From Candidatus Dormiibacterota bacterium (lineage in GTDB: Bacteria > Chloroflexota > Dormibacteria > CF-121): DNA of 64,000 bases. This document shows positions 54,819-63,203 of this stretch, in pieces (the stretch's first letter is position 1; every line of letters begins with the position of its first letter). The DNA is taken from contig DATBYO010000002.1 in NCBI GenBank assembly GCA_036513655.1, forward strand, positions 12,246 through 76,245. The letters run 5' to 3'. The notes beneath the pieces are model-generated. The model searched no databases. It was not told where the DNA came from and saw nothing but the letters and a program-made list of their open reading frames with translations. The translations under genes were made by a program, and so were the position numbers.

Positions 54819-57800
54819 CTAACGCGGGACTTCTTCTTCGATCTCGTCGCGGGTGGACCCGTTCGCCGGCGCCGCCTCCGCCGATGCGGGAATCAGCGCC
54901 GGGCCGGGAAGCCGAATGATGGTCCAGTCCTCGGCCTTTTCGGCGCGATCGGCGAGCCCTTCGTCCTTCGAGAAGAGGATGATCTGGTGCTCCCGGCCGA
55001 GGCGGCCCAGCTCCTCGAGCGCCGCTCGCATCCGCCGGCGATCCGCGTGCACCAGCGCCTCGTCGAGCAACAGGGGTGGTGGCTCCGCGTTTCCACCGAT
55101 GATGCGCGCCAAAGCCAGCCGCTCCAGGAGATAGATCAAGGAGCGGGTGCCGAGACTGAGGTTGTCGACATCCTTATAGACCCGCTGGTCCTGGGTCTTC
55201 ACCGACAGTGCCAGGTCTTCCCCGATGCGGACATCCCGATACCGGCCGTTGGTGATCGGCGCCAGTTGACCCTGCAGCTGCGACTTGAGCCGTGGGATCA
55301 CCGCCCGTCGGACCGACTTGGCCGCCGCTTCCAGGGTGTCGATGGCGAGATCGTAGGCGTGGGCTTCGACTTCGAGCTCCTGGAGCTGTTCGCGGGTGGT
55401 GGCGATCTCCTCTTCGAGGGCGGCGACGTCGCCGGTCTGGGTCAACCGGTCGTTCAAGAGCTCTTCGGCGCGCGCCCGCTCCTCCTGGGCCCGCTCCTTG
55501 GCGCCGCGGTGCTGGTCGCGCTGGCGTTCCAGCTCGGCCAGCGGCAGGGTGGCGAACTCGGCCGCGCGCGCCGGGTCGACGCTGGGGCTAACCTCGGCCA
55601 GCTGATGGTCCAGGTCTTCGACGAGCTGGCGGAGCGATGCCCCTTCGTCGGCGGACGTCGCGCCTCGCTGCCCCTCCAACTCGGCCAGCTTGGCGCTCGA
55701 CGCCCGATAGGCCTCCCCGTGGATGACCCCGGCGTCCCAGGCCTGGGCCGCTCGCTCCATATCGGTCTCCGTGATCCCGGCCGGGCCGTAGATGGCCGCA
55801 AGCTGTCGGGCGTAGTCCTCGGCCTTGCCGCGCTCGGTTGCCGAACGCTGTCCCGGCGCGCGTAGCTGCTCGAGCTGGGCGTCCAGCTGCTCGATTCGGG
55901 TGCGCACCTGCTGGGCCGTCCGAGCGGCTTCGCAGCTGGCAATGAAATCGCGGGCGGCCCCAAGCGCCTCTCGGCGGTCGAAACCCAGCCGGTCCAGCAG
56001 GCTGTGCAATTGCTGTCGAAGCGTTTCGCGGCGCTGATCCATCTCGGATTCCGCCCGCGACGCCTCGAGCGACCGCTGGCTGCTGGCGTTCCAGGCAAGG
56101 GTGTCCTGGGCCAGCGATTCGATCTCTCTGGCGATCTCGTCGACGGCCTCCTCGGTCGGCGCGGGCTGCGGCATGCCCCACGAGCCCACCAGCTCGCGGA
56201 GGCTGCGGCCCGCAAGCTGCGCCCGCTCCTCCAACTCGGTGGCCTGCCGATCGAGCTCGAGTCGGGTGGCGTCGTAGCGCACCTTCTGAAGGTGCTCGAC
56301 GAGCGCCTGCTGCAGTTCCGCCGAGCTCCGCACGCCCCACGGCTGGAGGATTTCTCGCCGCTTGACCCGAGCCTCGTCCTTCGCCCGGAGGCGGCGATCG
56401 ACCTCACGCACGGCCGCGCCCCGCACCCAGATGCCGATGCCGGTCGAGAGCACGCCCATGCCGAGCAGAAAGAAGGCGGCGCCGCTCAGGGGAAGCGGCA
56501 TCCCCCCTTGCAGGGCGAGAAATGCCACGAGGATGGCCATCGCCGTCAGCAGCAGGCCGCCGAGCATCGCCCCCAGGAAGGTGCGCTGCCGGCTGCGGGC
56601 CCGCTCGGCCATCGCCTCTTCACGCCGCATCGACTCCTCCGCCTGCTGGCCGGATTTGATGACGTCGGGCACCTCTTTGTAGCGCGCGATGTCGTGTTTG
56701 AGCTGCTCCAGGCGTGGGGGTAGCTCGGCGCCCGCCCGGCGCCGGGCCTCGAGCGCGACGTTATGGCGCTCCCGCCACTCCGAATAGACCCGCTGGAATT
56801 CCATCTGGCGAGCCGGCCAGTCCAGGTTCTGTCCGATCAGGCCCGGGTGGCGCTCCGCGATCCGCCGCGCCTCCTCGGCCGCCGACTGGGCGCGAAGGTG
56901 AACGTCGGGCGCCTGGGTGTCGGCCACGTTGAGCGTGGAAAGCAGCTCGCGCACAGCCGGCTCCTCCGCGAGCGCCGCCGCGTCGATGCCGCGGGCTCGC
57001 GTCTCATGGCCTTGTGCGTCGGCGTTGAGCTTCTGCCGCTCGGCTTCGAGCTGCTGCACCTGGGCGATGGTGTTCGCGGCGCGACCCTCGAAGTCCTCCT
57101 GAGCCTCCCGAGTCGCTCGCAGGTGGCTGCGAAGGTCCTGGACCTCGGCCTGGCGATCGAGGGGAAACATCGCGAAGCGGGTGTGCTCCTCCTGCCGGCC
57201 GCGTTCCTCGGCGATCACCTGCTCCAGCGCGTCGACCCGCTCCAGGCGATGACGCGCCTCGGCGAGGCGAGAGGCAAGCACCGCGGCCTCGAGCGTTTGC
57301 ACGATCCCGAGCTCCGCCTCGGTCAGGGCGGAGACGGTCTCCCGCTTCTGTGCCAGCTCGTCGACGGCGGCGCGGGCCTGACGCGCCGTCGTGAGCTGCC
57401 GCTCCAGGTCGGTGAGGTGACCTTCGAGGTCGTGAAGTGGGCCGGTGCGCCCACGCGGCTTTCCAATCCGGCGGGCCCGCTCCTGGCGCAGCCGATCGAG
57501 CACGCGCTGCGCCGTCCGGTCGGGATGCGCCGAGTCGGCCAGGGCGACGATCGCTTCCTTGATGCTGCCGGCGTCTTCGAGACGTAGGACCTCGCTTCGC
57601 GAGATACAGGCGGTGTTCGTGTAGATATCGCGGCTGACACCGAGCAGCTGGCGTCCGACTTGCAGGCCACCGGAGGCATCCCGTTCGAAGCGCTCGCCGA
57701 GCTCGGCACCGGTGTTGACGTCGATGACGCGGACCGTCTCCGCGTCGAGATCGCGCTCGACCCGGAGCTGCGTCCCATCTTCCAGTTCCACCTCGAGCGC

Positions 57801-58031
57801 CAACCCGAAGTTGCCACCTTGCCAGGGACGCCAGCGGTCGGCGCGCTCCACCAGCGCCGTCCGGGCGTGATCGCCCGACTGGAGGCCGTAGAGGCCGGTG
57901 ACGATAGCCTCCTGCAGTGTCGATTTGCCCGCCTCATTGGGCCCCACGACCAGGTTCATCGTGGGACCGAAGCGCAGGTCCATTCCTTGCAGGCTGCCGA
58001 AGCCCTCGATCTCGATCCGTGTCAGGCGCAT
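54819..58031 (-). CDS. SbcC/Rad50-like AAA ATPase with two transmembrane helices inserted in the coiled-coil region (YhaN/SbcE-like)
   Basis: Walker A GPNEAGKST, ABC signature LSLGTRSLIYL and Walker B/D-loop LLLDEALVHAD. A hydrophobic TFLGAMLGGLLLTAMAILVAFLAL...AAFFLLGMGVLSTGIGIWV segment sits mid-protein. 1070 aa. Confidence 0.8.
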   Translation of the reverse strand: MRLTRIEIEGFGSLQGMDLRFGPTMNLVVGPNEAGKSTLQEAIVTGLYGLQSGDHARTALVERADRWRPWQGGNFGLALEVELEDGTQLRVERDLDAETVRVIDVNTGAELGERFERDASGGLQVGRQLLGVSRDIYTNTACISRSEVLRLEDAGSIKEAIVALADSAHPDRTAQRVLDRLRQERARRIGKPRGRTGPLHDLEGHLTDLERQLTTARQARAAVDELAQKRETVSALTEAELGIVQTLEAAVLASRLAEARHRLERVDALEQVIAEERGRQEEHTRFAMFPLDRQAEVQDLRSHLRATREAQEDFEGRAANTIAQVQQLEAERQKLNADAQGHETRARGIDAAALAEEPAVRELLSTLNVADTQAPDVHLRAQSAAEEARRIAERHPGLIGQNLDWPARQMEFQRVYSEWRERHNVALEARRRAGAELPPRLEQLKHDIARYKEVPDVIKSGQQAEESMRREEAMAERARSRQRTFLGAMLGGLLLTAMAILVAFLALQGGMPLPLSGAAFFLLGMGVLSTGIGIWVRGAAVREVDRRLRAKDEARVKRREILQPWGVRSSAELQQALVEHLQKVRYDATRLELDRQATELEERAQLAGRSLRELVGSWGMPQPAPTEEAVDEIAREIESLAQDTLAWNASSQRSLEASRAESEMDQRRETLRQQLHSLLDRLGFDRREALGAARDFIASCEAARTAQQVRTRIEQLDAQLEQLRAPGQRSATERGKAEDYARQLAAIYGPAGITETDMERAAQAWDAGVIHGEAYRASSAKLAELEGQRGATSADEGASLRQLVEDLDHQLAEVSPSVDPARAAEFATLPLAELERQRDQHRGAKERAQEERARAEELLNDRLTQTGDVAALEEEIATTREQLQELEVEAHAYDLAIDTLEAAAKSVRRAVIPRLKSQLQGQLAPITNGRYRDVRIGEDLALSVKTQDQRVYKDVDNLSLGTRSLIYLLERLALARIIGGNAEPPPLLLDEALVHADRRRMRAALEELGRLGREHQIILFSKDEGLADRAEKAEDWTIIRLPGPALIPASAEAAPANGSTRDEIEEEVPR

Positions 58032-58061
58032 GAGCGACTCACCACGATGTCCAAAGCAGAG

Positions 58062-59156
58062 TCATTCGTCGAAGGCATCGAGCGCCAGCTGCAACGCGCG
58101 GCCAACGGCCTCTTCCTCCTGGCGGGACCCCTGCTTGTGGTCGACCAGCTTGCGCACCATCTCCCCACGGCTGGTGAATTCTTGAGCGGCGGCACCGAGG
58201 TCGTGGGAGACGCGCGAGTGGTCCTGGAACTCGAGATAGGCGAATCCATCGCTACACTCGGTTGAGAGCATCTGGGGATCGAGGTTCAGCGCCCGGTCGC
58301 GCTCACCCACGAGGCTGGCCCGGAGCACGGCGCCGTCCAGTCGCTTGCTCTCCCGCATCGCCATCACCGCGTCGCGGACGTGGTCGAGGGTCGTCATCCC
58401 GGTGATGTCGATCGTCTCCTGGGCAAACTGCCGCTGGTTGATGTCTTCCAGCAAAACCTGGACGCCCCCACCGTCATCGATGGTCACCAGCGCCGTGCAG
58501 TGCCGTCCGGTCTCGCTCCAGCCAAGCGGCTCCGGGCTACCAGGGTAGGTGATCGAGTCCTTCGTGCCGGCGTCGTGGTAATGCCCGAGGAGCGCATGCC
58601 GGAACCCGGCCTCCTCGACCTGGGCGGGCAGGATCGGCTTGTAGGGTGTGATGCCTGGCGGCACCTGGCTCATGTCGGAGGCGTGCAGTAGCAGCAGGTG
58701 CGTTCCCTCTTCCTGCCGGACGAAATCACGCAGCGGCGCGTCCGGCACGTCGGGCCGCATGAAGCCGGCGGTCCAGATGTGGACGTTGCCGTAGCGGTAG
58801 GCGTGCAGGTCTTCGTGGGCCGCGATGGTGACATTCTCGGGCCAGCGGAGGTAGCGGTAGGGGGAGCTCGCGACGGCCGGATCGGTGTGGCCGGGGGCAA
58901 TCAGTACCGGCAGCCCCGACTGACCCAACGTCTGCACGATGAAGCTGGCGGTTTCGCGAGTCACATGATCCTGTTCGAACAGGTCGCCGCCGCAGGTGAT
59001 CAGGTCGGCCTGCGCCTCGCGGGCCCGCTGGACGATCCGTTGCAAGGCCGAGCGGAGATCCTCGCGGCGTCGTTGGGCGCCGACGCCAAACAGGCGCTCA
59101 CTGGCGAAGGATCGGTCGAGATGCAGGTCGGCGAAATGGAGCAGGCGAAGGGCCAC
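58062..59156 (-). CDS. SbcD/Mre11-family metallophosphoesterase (DNA repair exonuclease, YhaO/SbcF-like)
   Basis: Calcineurin-like motifs LHFADLHLD, GGDLFE and GHYHD. It lies immediately upstream of, and co-oriented with, the SbcC-like gene. Confidence 0.8.
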   Translation of the reverse strand: MALRLLHFADLHLDRSFASERLFGVGAQRRREDLRSALQRIVQRAREAQADLITCGGDLFEQDHVTRETASFIVQTLGQSGLPVLIAPGHTDPAVASSPYRYLRWPENVTIAAHEDLHAYRYGNVHIWTAGFMRPDVPDAPLRDFVRQEEGTHLLLLHASDMSQVPPGITPYKPILPAQVEEAGFRHALLGHYHDAGTKDSITYPGSPEPLGWSETGRHCTALVTIDDGGGVQVLLEDINQRQFAQETIDITGMTTLDHVRDAVMAMRESKRLDGAVLRASLVGERDRALNLDPQMLSTECSDGFAYLEFQDHSRVSHDLGAAAQEFTSRGEMVRKLVDHKQGSRQEEEAVGRALQLALDAFDE

Positions 59157-59235
59157 AAATCCCCCGTAACCACGCGAATTCGGCCTGGCGCGATGGCATA
59201 GGCGAGCGGAAAAGCAGCGCCCATTATAAAGGTTG

Positions 59236-59278
59236 GGCCGAATTTGTTCCGCATCAGCCGGTCCAATTCGGAACAGCC
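59236..59278 (+). promoter_or_regulatory. Candidate operator: inverted repeat TGTTCCG-N16-CGGAACA with flanking AATT(C)GG motifs (a third GAATTCGG at 59176-59183)
   Basis: GGCCGAATTTGTTCCGcatcagccggtCCAATTCGGAACAGCC in the 140-bp divergent region between sbcD-like and the WYL regulator. Confidence 0.4.
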
Positions 59279-59296
59279 TCTACACTGAGCAAGAAA

Positions 59297-60259
59297 ATGG
59301 GCTCCTTCGAGAAGGGTGACCGCGGCGCCCGGATCCTGAAGATCCAGACGTTGCTCCAGGGTAATCCGCACGGCTTGACCACCGGCGAGATCGCCCGCCG
59401 CACCGGGGTCAACCCGCGCACCACCTATCGCGACGTTCGGGCACTCGAAGCCATGAACGTGCCGGTCTACGAGGACCACGGCCGGATCGCGATCGACCCG
59501 AACTACTTCGTCGCCCCGGTCAAGTTCACCCTCCGCGAGGCGATGGCCCTGCTGATGGGCGTTCGCCTGATGCACCGGCATCGTGACCAGGCCGATCCCG
59601 ACGTCGCCGACGCGTTCACCAAGCTGGCGGCGGTCCTCCCGGCGCCCGTCGCGGAGTACGTCCACGCCACCGTGCGGCAGATGGCCGATCGCCCGTCGAA
59701 CCCGACCTATTCGCGGGTCCTGCAGACGATCGCGCTCAGCTGGGCTGGTCACAAGACGGTCCGGATCTGGTATCCGAGCGCGAACCACGAGGCGAAGCCG
59801 CGCGTGATCGAGCCGTACTTTCTTGAGCCATCGCTGATCGGACACAGCAGCTACGTGGTTGCGCGCGATCGCGGGCTGAAGGAAATGCGAACCTTCAAGC
59901 TGGAACGCATCACCCGTGCCGAGCCGATGACCGAGACCTATCAGATTCCTCCAGAGTTCGATGTCAACAGATACCTGGCCGGAGCCTGGGGCATCTTCCA
60001 CTCCGGCGAGCCGGTAGCGGTGCGTCTGCGCTTCTTTTCGCCGGCGGCCGCGCGCGTGAAGGAATCAATCTGGCATCCATCGCAGAAGCTCAGCGATGGG
60101 CCGAAGGGTTCGGTCAACATGACGGTCACCGTGACCGGGACGCTCGAGATCACGCCCTGGATCCTCGGATGGGGTGATGCCGTCGAGGTCATCGCCCCCG
60201 CGGACTTGCGCAAGAAGATCAGCGACGTCGGTACGAAAATGGCAGCGCGCAACAAATAG
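59297..60259 (+). CDS. WYL-domain transcriptional regulator (HTH-WYL-WCX; PafBC/DeoR-like)
   Basis: N-terminal HTH (LTTGEIARRTGVNPRTTYRDVRALE), WYL core (TVRIWYPSANHEAKPRVIEPYFL...YVVARD...MRTFKLERI) and a C-terminal extension. Confidence 0.8.
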   Translation: MGSFEKGDRGARILKIQTLLQGNPHGLTTGEIARRTGVNPRTTYRDVRALEAMNVPVYEDHGRIAIDPNYFVAPVKFTLREAMALLMGVRLMHRHRDQADPDVADAFTKLAAVLPAPVAEYVHATVRQMADRPSNPTYSRVLQTIALSWAGHKTVRIWYPSANHEAKPRVIEPYFLEPSLIGHSSYVVARDRGLKEMRTFKLERITRAEPMTETYQIPPEFDVNRYLAGAWGIFHSGEPVAVRLRFFSPAAARVKESIWHPSQKLSDGPKGSVNMTVTVTGTLEITPWILGWGDAVEVIAPADLRKKISDVGTKMAARNK

Positions 60260-60269
60260 GAGGATGAGG

Positions 60270-60635
60270 GTGGACGTCTTTCAGGCGGTCGCGAAATTGA
60301 AGCCATCGCGGATCTGGGACGGCGTGCTCGCGCGCGTCGTCAATGGTGAGAGGCTTTCGATCGGCTTCGTCGACATCGACCCCAATGTGCAGGTTCCCGA
60401 ACACCGGCACGAGAACGAGCAGGTCGGGTTCGTCCTACGCGGTTCGGTGACCATGGTGGTCGGCGGCAAAGCACGCGAGCTCCAGGTGGGGGAGACGTAC
60501 ACGATCACCAGCCAGGTTCCCCACTCCGCCAAGGCCGGCGCCGAGGGGGTGTCGGTGGTGGACGTCTTCGCGCCGGTTCGTGAGGATTGGACGACCAAGC
60601 CTACGGTCGAACCGTTCCCCGGACGGTGGCCATAG
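60270..60635 (+). CDS. Cupin domain protein
   Basis: Cupin motifs PEHRHENEQVGFVLRG ... YTITSQVPH. GTG start 6 nt after an AGGAGG SD. Confidence 0.7.
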   Translation: MDVFQAVAKLKPSRIWDGVLARVVNGERLSIGFVDIDPNVQVPEHRHENEQVGFVLRGSVTMVVGGKARELQVGETYTITSQVPHSAKAGAEGVSVVDVFAPVREDWTTKPTVEPFPGRWP

Positions 60636-60639
60636 GGAG

Positions 60640-60677
60640 ATCTCCCTCCGGGGGAGGGTCGGGGGCGGGGCGTCAGC
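60640..60677 (+). repeat. GC-rich palindromic REP-like element, copy E
   Basis: AGATCTCCCTCC-GGGGGAGGG-TCGGGGGCGGGG-CGTCAG between convergent cupin and SDR genes. Confidence 0.7.
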
Positions 60678-61460
60678 CTAAAAGAGGCCGCCGTACTCCC
60701 CGCCGTCGACGGAGAGCGTGGTTCCGGTGATGAAGCTCGCGCCGTCGCCGGCCAGGAACACGACCGCCGCTGCCAGCTCATCCGGGCGTCCATGCCGGCC
60801 CAATGGGATGTTGCGCAAGCTCCGCGCGGTGAACTCCTTCGGATCGACATTGAGCTTGAGCGCTTGGTGACGGTTTTCTTCGACGATGCGATCGGTTTCA
60901 AATCGGCCGGTGAGAATGGAATTAACGCGAACCTCGGGCGCGGCCTCTTTCGCCAGGGTCTTTCCCATCGCGACCACCGCCGGCCGCAAGGCGTTCGAGA
61001 GCACGAGATTGTCGACCGGCTGATGCGCGGCGATGGAGGTGAGGTTGACGATGGCGCCTCGGCCGCGACGCAGCGCCGGGAGTGAGGCCCGCGTGAGGCG
61101 AACCGCGCTCATCAACACCAGGTCGATGGCTTCGGCCCATGCGTGGTCGTCCAGCTCCGCAACGGTGCCGAGGATGGGCCCCCGGGTGTTGTTGACCAGC
61201 ACCTCCAGCCCGCCCAGGGTCGCGGTCGCCCACTCGACGAGCTCGCGGCATTGGTCAGCCTGCCTGAGATCCGCCACCCGGGCGACGACGTCGTGACCCT
61301 CCTTGCGAAGTGCTCGCGCGGCGGCCTCAATCCGCGCGTCGTCGCTCGAGGCGATGGCGACCCGGCAACCCTCGGCCGCCAGCGCTCGGGCCGAGGCGAA
61401 GCCCAGGCCCCGGCTGGCTGCGGTCACCAGCGCGCGCCGTCCCCGAAGTCCGGTTTCCAC
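60678..61460 (-). CDS. SDR family oxidoreductase (3-oxoacyl-ACP reductase-like)
   Basis: TAASRGLG cofactor motif and catalytic S...YxxxK region (NNTRGP... pattern). 260 aa. Confidence 0.8.
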   Translation of the reverse strand: METGLRGRRALVTAASRGLGFASARALAAEGCRVAIASSDDARIEAAARALRKEGHDVVARVADLRQADQCRELVEWATATLGGLEVLVNNTRGPILGTVAELDDHAWAEAIDLVLMSAVRLTRASLPALRRGRGAIVNLTSIAAHQPVDNLVLSNALRPAVVAMGKTLAKEAAPEVRVNSILTGRFETDRIVEENRHQALKLNVDPKEFTARSLRNIPLGRHGRPDELAAAVVFLAGDGASFITGTTLSVDGGEYGGLF

Positions 61461-61497
61461 CGGGCAATACTATGCGGGGGCGTGCGGGAACGGCAGG

Positions 61498-61707
61498 CTA
61501 GGCCGCGGCGCGGGGTTGCTTGCCGCAGGCGGGACACGCGGTGCCCGCCTTGAGTTCCGCCCGCTTAAAGGCGTGACCGCCGCAGTGCGGGCAGAGCGCG
61601 CCGGGTCGCAGCGGATGGGCCTGTTCGGCCTTCTGCATCCGCTCGCGCAGGTGACTGTCGTCTTCCTTGTCGATGAAGCGCGGATCGGTGGGCGTCTGCG
61701 TGCTCAT
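61498..61707 (-). CDS. Small zinc-ribbon protein (CxxC...CxxC)
   Basis: 69 aa with CPHCGG...CPACG. The ATGA overlap with the upstream UDG gene suggests coupling. Confidence 0.5.
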   Translation of the reverse strand: MSTQTPTDPRFIDKEDDSHLRERMQKAEQAHPLRPGALCPHCGGHAFKRAELKAGTACPACGKQPRAAA

Positions 61708-62450
61708 GCGGCCTTCAACTCGTGTAGCTCAAACTGCTCGGGCCGGATCCGGTCGCCCAGGGCGCGCCCGATGACCTCCGGATGAAGGTCGACGCCGCGC
61801 TGAAACGGGTGCACGCTCAGAATCGCCGGCGCCGTGCGATCGCCGATCTGTACATCGAGCACCCGCCCATGAAGGGTGGTCATTGGGGCCCAACCGTCCC
61901 AGGTCCGCATCGTGCGCCACCACAGGTGGCGAGCCACGGGTCCACCCATGGCGACGACGATTTGCGGGGCGATGCTCGCCAGCAAGCTCTGCAGGTGGCG
62001 GTCCACACACTGGTTGACGGCGTCGTCGGTGACGAGGTCGGGGTTCTCCGTCGGGCAGCGAACCGCCCAGGTATGGAACGCGAAGTCCAGGACATCGCGC
62101 TTGCCAAGTTTCTGCCCGAGCCGGCGGCGGGCGCCCAGTAGCACGGCGCGCACGAACTGGTAGTACGGCAGGGGCGTGTCGGCGGTCATGTGGTGCTCGA
62201 GCGCCGCTTCGTGATCGAGCCATTCGGTGAACGCCTCGTTGCTCGCGCTGGCGGCGTCCAGCGGGCTCGGACTGATGAAGACGATCGGCGCCTGCGGGTT
62301 TCCGAAGCCGACCTGCGGCCGGCGAAGCGGCTGAGCCAGGCGCTCGCAGGGGCTGTCGGCGCCCCGATCGGACTCCGCGATCGCGCAGCCGTGCAACCGC
62401 TTGAGCGCGTCGGAACCGAAGAACTGCAGGTACTGCTGGCCCTTGCTCAC
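61704..62450 (-). CDS. Uracil-DNA glycosylase superfamily protein (family 4/5-like, four Cys)
   Basis: GNPQAPIVFISPSP (the GxPG(A)-type active-site motif) and the LSVHPF (HPS-like) motif. GTG start proposed at 62450; the upstream part of the track ORF overlaps the rhodanese gene. Confidence 0.65.
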   Translation of the reverse strand: MSKGQQYLQFFGSDALKRLHGCAIAESDRGADSPCERLAQPLRRPQVGFGNPQAPIVFISPSPLDAASASNEAFTEWLDHEAALEHHMTADTPLPYYQFVRAVLLGARRRLGQKLGKRDVLDFAFHTWAVRCPTENPDLVTDDAVNQCVDRHLQSLLASIAPQIVVAMGGPVARHLWWRTMRTWDGWAPMTTLHGRVLDVQIGDRTAPAILSVHPFQRGVDLHPEVIGRALGDRIRPEQFELHELKAA

Positions 62451-62506
62451 GCTGCTGAAAATGACGGGGAGTGGCCGGTGAAGCTTGCGCCCCTTAAGAT
62501 TCCTCG

Positions 62507-62827
62507 ATGGCCAATGTCCCCGCCGTGGACGTCGTCCAGCTGCGAGAGCGGCTTGCGGCCAGGCCCGCGCCTTTCCTGCTGGATGTCCGGGAGCCCTGGG
62601 AGTACCTGGCCGGACACGTTCCGGAAGCGCAGCTGATCCCACTCGGTGAGTTGGAGCAGCGGGTCAGCGAGGTGCCGCGCGATCGACCGGTGCTGGCCAT
62701 CTGCCACAGCGGGCAGCGGAGCCTGGCGGCGGCGGGCTATCTCATCCAGCTCGGCTACTCCGCCGTCAGCAACGTCGACGGCGGCACCGCCGCCTGGATC
62801 GAGCGCGGATACCCGGTCGAACGCTAA
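62507..62827 (+). CDS. Rhodanese-like domain protein (single-domain sulfurtransferase)
   Basis: Active-site loop CHSGQRS. 106 aa. Confidence 0.85.
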   Translation: MANVPAVDVVQLRERLAARPAPFLLDVREPWEYLAGHVPEAQLIPLGELEQRVSEVPRDRPVLAICHSGQRSLAAAGYLIQLGYSAVSNVDGGTAAWIERGYPVER

Positions 62828-63069
62828 TCCGTCAGCTGCAGCTGGGTGGCGTCAAAGCGCCGGACGGTGCCGGCGCGCACCGATTGCGCCAGGTGCTTCC
62901 AGGCATCGGGGTCGGTGATCCAGGCGCGCGCCACCACGATCGATGACCCGTCGATGATCAAGGTGCCGGTGCCCTCGATGAGCTCGACCGGCGCCAGCTG
63001 GAGGGCCCGCACCTTCTCCGGCGACAGGTTCTCCGCAAGGACCTGCCGGTTGATCTCGATCCGCGCCAC
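62824..63069 (-). CDS. Hypothetical small protein (81 aa)
   Basis: ORF convergent with rhodanese, overlapping it by 4 nt. No family recognised. Confidence 0.35.
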   Translation of the reverse strand: MARIEINRQVLAENLSPEKVRALQLAPVELIEGTGTLIIDGSSIVVARAWITDPDAWKHLAQSVRAGTVRRFDATQLQLTD

Positions 63070-63203
63070 GCTGGGCAGTGTACGGCGGAAGGTTCGCGGC
63101 GCCTGCGACAGACAGCTGTCGAAACGGGCTGCTTGACTCTCGGAGTGAGCCCAATCACCATGAACACGACCAATCGTCCCTTACATGTCTTCAAGGAGTC
63201 CAA

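Noticed and set aside
54795-56407. Several 250-356-aa ORFs on both strands inside the SbcC-like gene
   Set aside because: Alternative frames of a gene with a strong codon-position GC3 bias; the SbcC frame has Walker A, signature and D-loop motifs.
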